Positions 1 to 7,609 of a stretch of DNA of 28,864 bases are shown here, piece after piece. Each line of letters begins with the position of its first letter. The stretch's first letter is position 1. The translations under genes and the position numbers were made by a program. The notes beneath the pieces were generated by a model. The model ran no database searches. It saw nothing but the letters and a program-made list of their open reading frames with translations, and was not told where the DNA came from. This stretch comes from a virus (taxonomy: Duplodnaviria > Caudoviricetes), in the IMG/VR virus record IMGVR_UViG_3300032260_000019, positions 1 to 28,864 of that record; one strand, written 5' to 3'.

Positions 1-208
1 ACTCTTCCTGCATCGGTACGCTGCCGCATTGGTCGCACAGAAGCGCCCTCCCGTCTTCGGAAGCGACCAGGCCGCCTTGTCCCTGGAAGTGGCCGACCCA
101 TCCCCAGATTCCGCAATGTGCGCAGCGTCCGCGCTCCTTACTGAGTTCATCGACGCCGTCAACCTGTTTGTAGACAGTCGTGTTCGGTTTTCTGTTTGTG
201 TCAGTCAT
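1..208 (-). CDS. Small CxxC...CxxC protein, runs off the window edge
   Basis: Manual translation from ATG 208: MTDTNRKPNTTVYKQVDGVDELSKERGRCAHCGIWGW...LLCDQCGSVP; AAAGGA RBS-like motif upstream; not in the ORF track. Confidence 0.65.
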   Translation of the reverse strand, partial: MTDTNRKPNTTVYKQVDGVDELSKERGRCAHCGIWGWVGHFQGQGGLVASEDGRALLCDQCGSVPMQEE

Positions 209-256
209 CGTGGTTCCTTTGCGTTGGTCAGTCGTCTTGTTCAGCGCCCGTTGCTC

Positions 257-436
257 CTAGCGGCTGAGGCTGGCGCGGAAGAATAGGTAGGCTGCGTCGG
301 TGTCGATGTCGTTCGCGCGGCAGGCGTCGCGCAGCATGTCGACCGTGTCGTCGTCGCCGAGGCCCTGGGCGTTCGCGTCGTCGAGCGCTACTGCCAGGTA
401 TCCGATTTCTGCGGGGGTGATTTGCTGCGTCGTCAT
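257..436 (-). CDS. Hypothetical 59-aa acidic protein, leaderless
   Basis: Manual translation MTTQQITPAEIGYLAVALDDANAQGLGDDDTVDMLRDACRANDIDTDAAYLFFRASLSR*; ATG follows the -10 box of promoter P1 after 6 nt. Confidence 0.75.
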   Translation of the reverse strand: MTTQQITPAEIGYLAVALDDANAQGLGDDDTVDMLRDACRANDIDTDAAYLFFRASLSR

Positions 437-442
437 GAGTTC

Positions 443-471
443 AGACTACCTCCGGGCGCTTGGCCCGTCAA
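443..471 (-). promoter_or_regulatory. Leaderless sigma70-type promoter P1
   Basis: TTGACG(471-466)-17 bp-TAGTCT(448-443)-6 nt-ATG(436). Confidence 0.8.
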
Positions 472-501
472 CGAAAACGTTCGCCTTTTCGTTCTTTTCC
501 G
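472..501. promoter_or_regulatory. Operator-like imperfect palindrome at P1
   Basis: CGAAAACGTTCG-CCTTTT-CGTTCTTTTCCG, same 12-6-12 spacing and position as at P2-P4. Confidence 0.55.
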
Positions 502-505
502 ATAA

Positions 506-525
506 CCCCCCGGAATCTCGGGGGG
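506..525 (-). terminator. GC hairpin downstream of 549..839, possible terminator
   Basis: CCCCCCG-GAATCT-CGGGGGG, 7-bp stem; only a weak U-tract. Confidence 0.35.
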
Positions 526-548
526 GAGTGCGCCGGGGGGGGGCCGGC

Positions 549-839
549 CTACAGGCCCTTGGCCTGCAGGCCGCCTGCGAGTTCTTCGCTGGCGAGGCGG
601 TAGGCGGCCTCGGCAACCAGGTTGAATTGGGAGTAGCTCAGGTCGCAGAGGTCGCGCAGGGCGTCCATCTCGTCCGAGTACAGCTGGAAGTCGGATGCGT
701 TGGCATCGATCCAGTTCATGGTGTCGTCATAGGCCAGGCCGGCCAGGAGGGTGCGGAAGGTGGGGTCGAGAAGCGCCATCAGGCGCATGTCGGCGTTGTG
801 GGTGTCGGTGGCGGTGTTGGTGGTTGTCTGCGTCGTCAT
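549..839 (-). CDS. Hypothetical 96-aa protein, leaderless
   Basis: MTTQTTTN... ORF with normal composition, starts 6 nt after the -10 box of P2. Confidence 0.8.
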   Translation of the reverse strand: MTTQTTTNTATDTHNADMRLMALLDPTFRTLLAGLAYDDTMNWIDANASDFQLYSDEMDALRDLCDLSYSQFNLVAEAAYRLASEELAGGLQAKGL

Positions 840-845
840 GAATCC

Positions 846-874
846 AACCTACCTCGGCCCCCGGCCCTGGTCAA
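846..874 (-). promoter_or_regulatory. Leaderless promoter P2
   Basis: TTGACC(874-869)-17 bp-TAGGTT(851-846)-6 nt-ATG(839). Confidence 0.8.
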
Positions 875-904
875 CGCAAAAGAACGCAGATTCGCACTTA
901 TTCG
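875..904. promoter_or_regulatory. Operator-like imperfect palindrome at P2
   Basis: CGCAAAAGAACG-CAGATT-CGCACTTATTCG. Confidence 0.6.
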
Positions 905-925
905 ACAACTGGCCGGAATCGCTAT

Positions 926-953
926 CGGATCCGCGAGTGTTTCGGAACGACCA
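926..953 (+). repeat. Dispersed repeat copy A
   Basis: CGGATCCGCGAGTGTTTCGGAACGACCA; 17-bp core identical to 6031-6047; 25/28 match to the reverse complement of 6181-6208. Confidence 0.85.
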
Positions 954-1036
954 CAGGATCCCCGTTAGGATCATCGCTAACACGGTGCCCATGCCAGCGG
1001 GCTAGTGTATTTCGGGTGTTGGGCTACCACCAACCG

Positions 1037-1068
1037 CGAGATCTTAGAACGTAGGATCTAAGATCTTG
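1037..1068. repeat. Inverted repeat with 8-bp asymmetric spacer
   Basis: AGATCTTAGA(1039-1048)-ACGTAGGA-TCTAAGATCT(1057-1066), perfect 10-bp arms, 12 bp with one mismatch. Confidence 0.8.
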
Positions 1069-1074
1069 GGGCCG

Positions 1075-1275
1075 CTAGCACTCGACCAGGTATCCGTCGC
1101 GCAGCCAGCCGTGGGTGACAGGTTCGAACTTGTACAGGACGGACCCGCGGTCGATCTGAATCAGCCGGCGCGTCTTCAGGAGGTGTTCGCCGCACGAAAA
1201 CCGTTCGTAATTGCAGCCGATCCACATACGCCATTTTGCGCGAGAGTCGCACCACTCGCATTTTGCAGAGTTCAT
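1075..1275 (-). CDS. Hypothetical CxxC...CxxH protein (66 aa)
   Basis: Start MNSAKCEWCD overlaps the upstream stop (ATGA at 1275-1272). Confidence 0.7.
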   Translation of the reverse strand: MNSAKCEWCDSRAKWRMWIGCNYERFSCGEHLLKTRRLIQIDRGSVLYKFEPVTHGWLRDGYLVEC

Positions 1276-1520
1276 TGCGTCGCCGTTCGCCGTTCGAGGT
1301 CCTTCAGCATCTGGATGTGTTCTGCGAGACACTGCGGAACTGGCGCATTGCCCTTGGTCCACTGGTAGACCTGTTCTCGTTCATCGTCGGTCAGTTTTTC
1401 GATAGCGAATCGCGGCGCGTTTGCGACGGTCGTAAGGCTGAAGGCGTTCATCATGTTCGAGAACTCCTGCGACTGAACGAGTGCAGCGAGAGTGCCTTTG
1501 ATGCTTGCCATGGTTGTCAT
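1272..1520 (-). CDS. Hypothetical protein (82 aa)
   Basis: Start MTTMASIK in ATGA overlap with the stop of 1517..1723. Confidence 0.7.
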   Translation of the reverse strand: MTTMASIKGTLAALVQSQEFSNMMNAFSLTTVANAPRFAIEKLTDDEREQVYQWTKGNAPVPQCLAEHIQMLKDLERRTATQ

Positions 1521-1723
1521 TCTTTCGTTGTTGGGGTCATTCGTTCCCGAATTTGCTTCGGGGTGAGTTGTTGAAAGCCTAGCTTCCCACGCAGCCACAC
1601 GGTCCCGTCGTCGTTCAGCTTATGGACCGTCCACTTGCCGTGGTGTTTCATTTTCCACACGTCGCCGACCTGTATCTCTGGCTGCGCAGGAGGCGCAAAA
1701 TCAAACAGGCCGAGCTGGCTCAT
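1517..1723 (-). CDS. Hypothetical protein (68 aa)
   Basis: MSQLGLFDF N-terminus typical of small phage proteins; AGGAG immediately upstream; coupled to the next gene. Confidence 0.7.
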   Translation of the reverse strand: MSQLGLFDFAPPAQPEIQVGDVWKMKHHGKWTVHKLNDDGTVWLRGKLGFQQLTPKQIRERMTPTTKE

Positions 1724-1786
1724 CTCCTAAGTCCAGCGCGCGAAGGATGTCTAGCGTAACGTGTTCGTTTTGCAGCACCTCCCATG

Positions 1787-1987
1787 CTATGCGACATCGA
1801 CTTCCCAGTTGCAGATGTTGGTCAGGTCCATCCAGTCTTGTTTGGCAAGGTCGAGAACGGTCTGGAGCATGCTTTCGCTGTCGAGCTTTCTCTCTTCGAG
1901 AAGCGTTGCGAGGCCTTCGGCTTCGTCGTCTGGTAGCTCCAGCTCGATAGTTCCAGATGCAGTGATGTCAATCGTTAGCTTTTTCAA
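1787..1987 (-). CDS. Hypothetical acidic protein (66 aa)
   Basis: TTG start (KKLTIDITASG...) overlapping the upstream TGA; GAAGG RBS-like motif. Confidence 0.6.
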   Translation of the reverse strand: MKKLTIDITASGTIELELPDDEAEGLATLLEERKLDSESMLQTVLDLAKQDWMDLTNICNWEVDVA

Positions 1988-2262
1988 TTTGCCTTCACCT
2001 TCGTGCAATTTGCGCCGACCCATTTTGATGCCGGCTGAGTCAAAAGAGATTCTTCTCTGGCGAACATGCTCGCAGCATCCATTAGTGACAGCGCGTGCAG
2101 CTTGCACGATTTGACCGTTCTGCGGTCGGCGACAAGTTGGCCGTTCTTGATCAGCTCGTATCCAACGGGCTTGACCAGCTTCCCGTTGTAGACAGGTCGG
2201 ATCTCCCATGCGCCGCAGTGCGAGCGCGTCCCGCCGTCTTTGATTCGCGTCCACGAGATCAT
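1984..2262 (-). CDS. Hypothetical protein (92 aa)
   Basis: Start MISWTRIK in ATGA overlap; AAGGA RBS. Confidence 0.7.
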   Translation of the reverse strand: MISWTRIKDGGTRSHCGAWEIRPVYNGKLVKPVGYELIKNGQLVADRRTVKSCKLHALSLMDAASMFAREESLLTQPASKWVGANCTKVKAN

Positions 2263-2441
2263 GGCTTGCGTTCCTTCTTGATGCGGTTGCCGGTCAGCTC
2301 CATCTCGTACAGCTGTCCGGTCGCCCGGTGGCAGTCCGGGCATTCACCTGGGTCTTCGTCGATCAGGAACACGTAGTCTTCGCCGCAGTGATCGCATGGC
2401 CTCACGTCTTCGAGTTCTCCAGGTTCTTCGAGGTCTGTCAT
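2259..2441 (-). CDS. Small zinc-ribbon protein (60 aa)
   Basis: CDHC...CPDC. Confidence 0.65.
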   Translation of the reverse strand: MTDLEEPGELEDVRPCDHCGEDYVFLIDEDPGECPDCHRATGQLYEMELTGNRIKKERKP

Positions 2442-2682
2442 GGCGCCTGTCTGGGTTGCTGATTGTTAGTTCGAACATTCCGACGTTGAGAAGTACCGTT
2501 GATGGCCCGGCCTGCATGCCGATCTTCCATTGCCAGCCACCACCGAATCGCCCCATGAATGCATCTGGCCCCCTGTGCCGATAGGTAATGCGCCTGCCGG
2601 CGACAGTGAACTTTCTGTTTACGGCCCCGTCGCGTTCTGGGATGAGCGCGCGAGCCTTTCGCATCGCCGTCGCGATGATCAC
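2344..2682 (-). CDS. Hypothetical protein
   Basis: GTG start overlapping the lipoprotein stop; protein-like core GRFGGGWQWKIGMQAG; Arg-rich tail overlaps the next gene by 98 nt. Confidence 0.5.
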   Translation of the reverse strand: MIIATAMRKARALIPERDGAVNRKFTVAGRRITYRHRGPDAFMGRFGGGWQWKIGMQAGPSTVLLNVGMFELTISNPDRRHDRPRRTWRTRRREAMRSLRRRLRVPDRRRPR

Positions 2683-3218
2683 AGGCAGACTCCTATCTGA
2701 AGCGGGCCTTCGATGGTGACGCAGATCTCCCCAGCCGCGCATCGGTCCGGGTCGTTCTGTAGCGGCCAGGTCGCGTAGTCGCAGAGGCTGCGGCAGGTAG
2801 ACGCCGCGCCGATCGTCATGCATTGCAGCCCAGGCAGGCATTCGTTCAGCGAGCTACAGGTCTGGCCTTTGGCGAAGGCTCCGTGCTGGTAGCAGCCGAC
2901 TACGCTGGGGGACATGAGGCAGGCGCGGCCTTCTTCGCAGTCCTGTTCCAGCGGGTCGCAGGTGGTGATTTGGATCGCGTCTGGCGCTTCGGCGTCTGGC
3001 GCTGGAGGAGTGTTCGCGTCGGCAACCTCTGCGTCGGTAGCGGCCGCAGCGTCCGGCGTGATGATGCCCGCGTCGGTCTCGACGATTGAGATGGAGTCTT
3101 GCGATCCAGCATCGGCGCCGAGGGATATGCCAGTGTCTGGTCCGATGTCTTCCGGCCCCGATGCGGCGGACCCGCATGCGCAGAGGATTGCTGCCAGCAG
3201 TGTTCCGATGGTCTTCAT
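2679..3218 (-). CDS. Cys-rich lipoprotein, myxobacterial type
   Basis: Signal peptide with lipobox-like LCAC; D/A/P-rich linker; Cys-rich C-terminal domain CDPLEQDC...C...GC...TC...ECLPGLQC; AAGGA RBS. Confidence 0.8.
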   Translation of the reverse strand: MKTIGTLLAAILCACGSAASGPEDIGPDTGISLGADAGSQDSISIVETDAGIITPDAAAATDAEVADANTPPAPDAEAPDAIQITTCDPLEQDCEEGRACLMSPSVVGCYQHGAFAKGQTCSSLNECLPGLQCMTIGAASTCRSLCDYATWPLQNDPDRCAAGEICVTIEGPLQIGVCL

Positions 3219-3247
3219 GATGGTGGTCCTTTTGCTATCGGTGTCGT

Positions 3248-3907
3248 TTATTGTTCGGCCAAGATTTCTTTATGCCTTTTTTGCGTCATGTATTCATTCA
3301 TGGGGAGTGTGTCGAGACTGTTCATGATGAGAAACAGTGTCGCCCAGAGTTGGTAATCGCCATGGATGGCTGCGGACCATCGGCATTGGTTGTTCGCCTG
3401 GTACCCGAAGCACCAGTCTGGATCGAACCCTTCGAAGTAGACCGGTCTCAGGTCGTCACCGGTGTATTCCGGCTCTGGCGGAGGCTTGGTGATGAACAGG
3501 CGCGAAAGCGCGTCATCGCAGATCGCGTGTTGCGACAGCACAGAAATCTTCCAGCCATGGAAGTTGTTTCGCATAATAATGTTCAGGCCGATGTCTGGGC
3601 GCGCGAAGGCGTACACTGGAAGGCGTACACTCTTTGAAGTGTGCTCGCTTACTACGCGGGCAGACCTGGCCACCTCGTATGGCCCGTGCTCGCTGCTGAC
3701 CAGTTCCACCATCTCTCGCTGTTTGAACGGGATCGATCCGCCGTTATGCATGACCAACGGCGCGAGAACGTCGCGGACGAAATAGACCTGCTTCACTGCA
3801 GCGCCAGCGTAGATGTACTTGGGGGTTCCTTCTCCGTATTCCTTGCGCCATGAGAGGAACCACTCCATGAGGTCCGGTGCGGCCGCGATTGTTTCAGCGA
3901 GTTTCAT
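3248..3907 (-). CDS. Hypothetical phage protein (219 aa)
   Basis: Start MKLAETIA with AGGAGG RBS; globular composition. Confidence 0.8.
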   Translation of the reverse strand: MKLAETIAAAPDLMEWFLSWRKEYGEGTPKYIYAGAAVKQVYFVRDVLAPLVMHNGGSIPFKQREMVELVSSEHGPYEVARSARVVSEHTSKSVRLPVYAFARPDIGLNIIMRNNFHGWKISVLSQHAICDDALSRLFITKPPPEPEYTGDDLRPVYFEGFDPDWCFGYQANNQCRWSAAIHGDYQLWATLFLIMNSLDTLPMNEYMTQKRHKEILAEQ

Positions 3908-4379
3908 TGTTGCCTCCTGTTTGCGGTGATGGTGCGTCTGGCAGCAACCGATCTGCTGTGAGCTTGTACGCGATCGGTAACGGGATGTTCCACAGCTTCT
4001 GGTAGCCGCGGCAGAGGAGTGGAGTTTCGAGTTGTTCGATCTCACTCAGCACCCATCCGTGCGGACCGAAGAACCAGCGTTGCTGATCTTTGCCTATGAG
4101 TTTTGCGGCTTCGATGTCGCCGTGGACGAAGGCTCCGATGCGGCATGTTGCGACGATGGCGCCGCGTGCTTCGCTGAGATGTTGCGGTACCGGTCGGTCG
4201 CCGTCATGAAGAAGCGACTGCATCAGCGCGTCTGCCGGCTTGTCGAATCGCTGGCCAGCATGGATGGCGATTAGTTGGCCGATCATTCTGTCGTTCGGCT
4301 TCCAGGATCGGTTCTCTATTCGCTTGATCCCGGAGGCCACGAGGCCGGCCCATGGCTGATGCAGTGTCAGTGCGTACAT
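3894..4379 (-). CDS. ASCH-domain protein
   Basis: ALTLHQPWAGLVASGIKRIENRSW...IAIHAG...GAIV...GPHGWVL...RGYQKLW, the ASCH/PUA-like signature (GxKxxExR). Confidence 0.9.
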   Translation of the reverse strand: MYALTLHQPWAGLVASGIKRIENRSWKPNDRMIGQLIAIHAGQRFDKPADALMQSLLHDGDRPVPQHLSEARGAIVATCRIGAFVHGDIEAAKLIGKDQQRWFFGPHGWVLSEIEQLETPLLCRGYQKLWNIPLPIAYKLTADRLLPDAPSPQTGGNNETR

Positions 4380-4729
4380 CAGGTTCCCGCTTCCTGGTCG
4401 CGCGCGATCCACTTATTTTCAAACACGAGTTCGTGCCTGTGAAACATGAAGGCGACGCGGATAGACATTCGCTCGACCAGGTGCTGAAGGTTGCTTGGCG
4501 ATGCACGCACTGTTGCGAATTCGTCCTGCCATGCAAACAAGACGTCTGTGAGCGCGGTCAGCACGTTCTCGGGCATGTCGTAAAGCATCAGCCATCGGCC
4601 GTCGACGCGCTCGACCGGTGATGCTGAGAACGTCAGGAGGTCTGGGAGACTGTCTCGGCGGGTGTATTCCACCGAGATGCGGATGGGGTGCGCGTTCGCG
4701 CAGCCGATCGTTAGAATTTTTTCAGGCAT
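4379..4729 (-). CDS. Hypothetical protein (116 aa)
   Basis: ORF in operon; TGATG coupling with the ASCH gene. Confidence 0.7.
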   Translation of the reverse strand: MPEKILTIGCANAHPIRISVEYTRRDSLPDLLTFSASPVERVDGRWLMLYDMPENVLTALTDVLFAWQDEFATVRASPSNLQHLVERMSIRVAFMFHRHELVFENKWIARDQEAGT

Positions 4730-4746
4730 TGGATTGGTACCTGGGC

Positions 4747-5043
4747 CTACAGCGGAAAGACTTCGACGTCGAGAGTTATTGGGTTACCGGTTGAGAACTG
4801 AAGGAAGTACTTCAGCACGGTCTCGTCTGGGGAAATTGGTTTCGCGCGCCATTGGCGGAGGCTGCCAACTTCCAACGCGCCCTGTAGCATCTGCTGGACA
4901 GCGAGGTCGGTGGCAAGCATGCCTGTAACTCTGGCGCTAATCGTGTGGACCGATCCGGCGATATGCGCAAGGGTGCTGAGGTCTTTGGAGGACATCGCGT
5001 TCGGCGCGTCCGTCCTGGTCGATCTGACTGTTCGTGTTGTCAT
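4747..5043 (-). CDS. Hypothetical protein (98 aa)
   Basis: ATGA overlap with the upstream gene. Confidence 0.65.
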   Translation of the reverse strand: MTTRTVRSTRTDAPNAMSSKDLSTLAHIAGSVHTISARVTGMLATDLAVQQMLQGALEVGSLRQWRAKPISPDETVLKYFLQFSTGNPITLDVEVFPL

Positions 5044-5222
5044 TGGTCGTTCTCTTCGTCTGTGCCGGTTACGTCTAGGGCGCAGAGAGTCTGTGCGATG
5101 TTTCTGGCTCTCTCGACAATCATTCTCTCGTCGAGGTCTTTGCTGTCCCTGGTTACGAACACTCGGATACCGGCTGAGATCGTATTCACCAGGTCATCGT
5201 TCACGTTGACTCGGATCTGCAT
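5040..5222 (-). CDS. Hypothetical protein (60 aa)
   Basis: Tightly packed in the operon; AGGA upstream. Confidence 0.65.
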   Translation of the reverse strand: MQIRVNVNDDLVNTISAGIRVFVTRDSKDLDERMIVERARNIAQTLCALDVTGTDEENDQ

Positions 5223-5226
5223 GGTC

Positions 5227-5502
5227 CTATTTCACCCGCTGCCCGGTGCTTGAGGTTTCGGAATATTCTTCGTCGCTGTCGAAGCCCAGGTCGTCCGCGT
5301 CATGGACCGGGCAGAGATCGTCCGATACCGGCCCCAGCGCGCAGAGACATTCGTCCGGGACAAGCGGCGCCCGCTTGATGACTTCCAGCGTGCGGGTCAC
5401 CTCCCTTAGTGCGCCTGCCATCACCTCTCGGTTAGAGATTGCGCCAAGCGCGCTGCGGACTACGTCCATCTGTGATTCGGTCAGTTCGATTAGATATTTC
5501 AT
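5227..5502 (-). CDS. Hypothetical protein (91 aa) with CxC...CPVH motif
   Basis: Start MKYLIELT with GGAGG RBS; the longer ORF call to 5808 overlaps the real upstream gene. Confidence 0.7.
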   Translation of the reverse strand: MKYLIELTESQMDVVRSALGAISNREVMAGALREVTRTLEVIKRAPLVPDECLCALGPVSDDLCPVHDADDLGFDSDEEYSETSSTGQRVK

Positions 5503-5564
5503 GGCAGCCTCCGTGTGGTGAAGTCGCGCGCCTACCTTGCGGCCTGCGCGCGGTGGATTATTTG

Positions 5565-5801
5565 CTAGCTGTCCTCGCCTTTGAGGGATGCAAGGATGTC
5601 TTCGAGTTCGCTCGCGTAATGCTTCATGTCGCCGACGTATCCCCAGCTGCGTGAGTTGGCGGCCTGGCTTGCGCGATGGCCCTTGATTGCGGCGCCGACA
5701 TCCTTGAGGAGTTTCTCGACCCGGTCGGCCTCGCGGTTGTAGACCTCGGAGGCGCTCTTCGATTTGGGCTTGGTGGCTATGGCTGCTTTGCGCGTCGTCA
5801 T
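5565..5801 (-). CDS. Hypothetical helical protein (78 aa), leaderless
   Basis: MTTRKAA...SWGYVGDM; starts 6 nt after the -10 box of P3. Confidence 0.8.
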   Translation of the reverse strand: MTTRKAAIATKPKSKSASEVYNREADRVEKLLKDVGAAIKGHRASQAANSRSWGYVGDMKHYASELEDILASLKGEDS

Positions 5802-5807
5802 GAATCA

Positions 5808-5836
5808 ACCCTACCTCCGGGTCCCCGTACCGTCAA
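5808..5836 (-). promoter_or_regulatory. Leaderless promoter P3
   Basis: TTGACG(5836-5831)-17 bp-TAGGGT(5813-5808)-6 nt-ATG(5801). Confidence 0.8.
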
Positions 5837-5866
5837 CGGGAAAGTGCGAGAAATCGTACTTTACCG
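5837..5866. promoter_or_regulatory. Operator-like palindrome at P3
   Basis: CGGGAAAGTGCG-AGAAAT-CGTACTTTACCG. Confidence 0.7.
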
Positions 5867-6030
5867 CAAGCCCCCCGTATTGCCCCAGGATTCCCGCAGT
5901 GGCTCGGCCGGGCGAATATGCGCCCACGGCGCCCACGGCGGAACGGTGGGCGCCTGGTCCCGCCAGCGCCGGCCTGGCGGCGGCGGCCGCGGGGCCGCCA
6001 GTTTGCCCCAGGACATGGCGTGCAATACGG

Positions 6031-6047
6031 GTGTTTCGGAACGACCA
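6031..6047 (+). repeat. Dispersed repeat copy B
   Basis: GTGTTTCGGAACGACCA, identical to 937-953. Confidence 0.85.
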
Positions 6048-6070
6048 TTCGGACGTCTGCCGGGGGGGTT

Positions 6071-6099
6071 GACTTTCGGACTTACTAAACGCGAAAGTC
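6071..6099. repeat. Inverted repeat overlapping a TTGACT box
   Basis: GACTTTCG-N13-CGAAAGTC. Confidence 0.55.
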
Positions 6100-6180
6100 G
6101 TTGGCCGGTGGCAGACGGGGAGATCATCGTCGACTCGAAACGTGGCGCAGGATCACTTGTGAGTTTCTCTGTGCTGATGA

Positions 6181-6208
6181 TGGTCGTCCCGAAACACTCC
6201 TGGATCCG
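6181..6208 (-). repeat. Dispersed repeat copy C (inverted)
   Basis: Reverse complement CGGATCCAGGAGTGTTTCGGGACGACCA, 25/28 identical to copy A. Confidence 0.85.
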
Positions 6209-6408
6209 TCCCGATCCGCTTCGAATACGCGTGCTTGTGAGTCCGCGCCACCATGTTTTCCGGTATGCCGATGCCAGTCAGCGAAAAGAAGATCATGCAG
6301 CGTCCTGACAGCGCGTAAGCATTGGTCACAGCAGTAAGGTATAGATGCGTTTCGGCAATGCTAAAAACTATTGCGCATTAGGCGCATATCGAGAAAGCGA
6401 GATTGACA

Positions 6409-6993
6409 ATGAAGTCAGACAGGAAAGCAGGAAGCGGGGGAGAGGCTATCCACTTGTCGCCAGCGCCGGACGGGGCCACCTGTGAGATCCATGACTGGAA
6501 GGACGAGGGGCTCCCGGAACGAATCGTTCGGTTGGCGCGAGAGCGACACATCGCAGATAGCTCGGTGACTGTCTGCAAGGAGTGCATCGATCGCGCGAAG
6601 GGCGTCGCTGAAGCGCAGCGGTATCCAGAGGGGAAAATCAGCGCCGACGATGAAGGCCAGGTCCAGATAGGGATCGCAGCCGATCCAGGGAAGGGCATCG
6701 TCGTCGTTAGTTTCGAGAATCCGGTGACGTGGATCGGGGTACCTCCAGCCCAGGCGCGTGCGCTATCGATTGCGCTAGACATGAAGGCGAACGAGATCGA
6801 ACCGCCGATCATGCAGGGTACCGGCATGATGGTGAACGCGACGCGCGCCGATGGGGCGTCTGCCAGCGTGGAGATCGAGACCCTTGCGGACGAAGAGCTG
6901 AAGCAGTTCATCGCTGCGTTGACGCCAGACGAGCGTTCCGACTGGCTGTTCGGCGTCGTCCGCGCGGTCCGGGAAACGAGGCTGCTTCGATGA
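6409..6993 (+). CDS. Hypothetical protein (~194 aa)
   Basis: First gene of a plus-strand cluster; start may be TTG 6403 or ATG 6409; protein-like DDEGQVQIGIAADPGKGIVVVSF segment. Confidence 0.7.
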   Translation: MKSDRKAGSGGEAIHLSPAPDGATCEIHDWKDEGLPERIVRLARERHIADSSVTVCKECIDRAKGVAEAQRYPEGKISADDEGQVQIGIAADPGKGIVVVSFENPVTWIGVPPAQARALSIALDMKANEIEPPIMQGTGMMVNATRADGASASVEIETLADEELKQFIAALTPDERSDWLFGVVRAVRETRLLR

Positions 6994-7247
6994 TTGCGAT
7001 TGACGAGGACGGCAATGGGGGCGCCCGGTGTGCCGGGCAGTGCTATTGCTGTAGCGCCACAAACAACAAGACGGACGACGACGGGGATCCCATCGCAGAC
7101 GTTCGCGACATCATCTTCACGAACAAGAATGGTGTCGATCGTCGCCTGCCGCTATGCATTGAATGCAGGAGCGAGTTGCACGACGAGCTGACGCCAGACG
7201 ATGCGGGCGAAGCGGAATCGAACCGTGTAAAGGAGTTGGACTGGTGA
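6990..7247 (+). CDS. Zinc-binding hypothetical protein (85 aa)
   Basis: ATGA coupling; CYCC...LCIEC. Confidence 0.7.
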   Translation: MIAIDEDGNGGARCAGQCYCCSATNNKTDDDGDPIADVRDIIFTNKNGVDRRLPLCIECRSELHDELTPDDAGEAESNRVKELDW

Positions 7248-7609
7248 GCGATCAAGCGGCAGATGTCGGCGACGTGAATCACTGCAATAAGTGCGGGGAG
7301 GATCTTGGGGCGAGCTTCTATTCCGACGTTCCAGGGCACGGGGACTTGTGCAACGAATGCCACGTCGACGTCCATGGCACGAACCATGCCGAAGATCTAG
7401 GCGAGTTCCCCGGTGACGTGCGGGCGCGGAAGATCACGTCGCTTGACCGCGCAGCGATGGTCATTGACGGCGCACGCACCAGGCTAGTGAAGTGCATGGA
7501 CCGCAAGCGCAAGGTCGGCATGGCGATGGCCGACGAGCTGGAGGAGATTGCGGGCGTGGTGTCCAGGCTACAGGACGCTATCGAATACCTCTCCAGCTAC
7601 GATGGCTGA
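7244..7609 (+). CDS. Zinc-finger plus coiled-coil protein (121 aa)
   Basis: GTGA coupling, AAGGAG RBS; CNKC...LCNEC. Confidence 0.7.
   Translation: MSDQAADVGDVNHCNKCGEDLGASFYSDVPGHGDLCNECHVDVHGTNHAEDLGEFPGDVRARKITSLDRAAMVIDGARTRLVKCMDRKRKVGMAMADELEEIAGVVSRLQDAIEYLSSYDG

Noticed and set aside
300-968. 222-aa plus-strand ORF
   Set aside because: Antisense shadow of two minus-strand genes that have clear promoters
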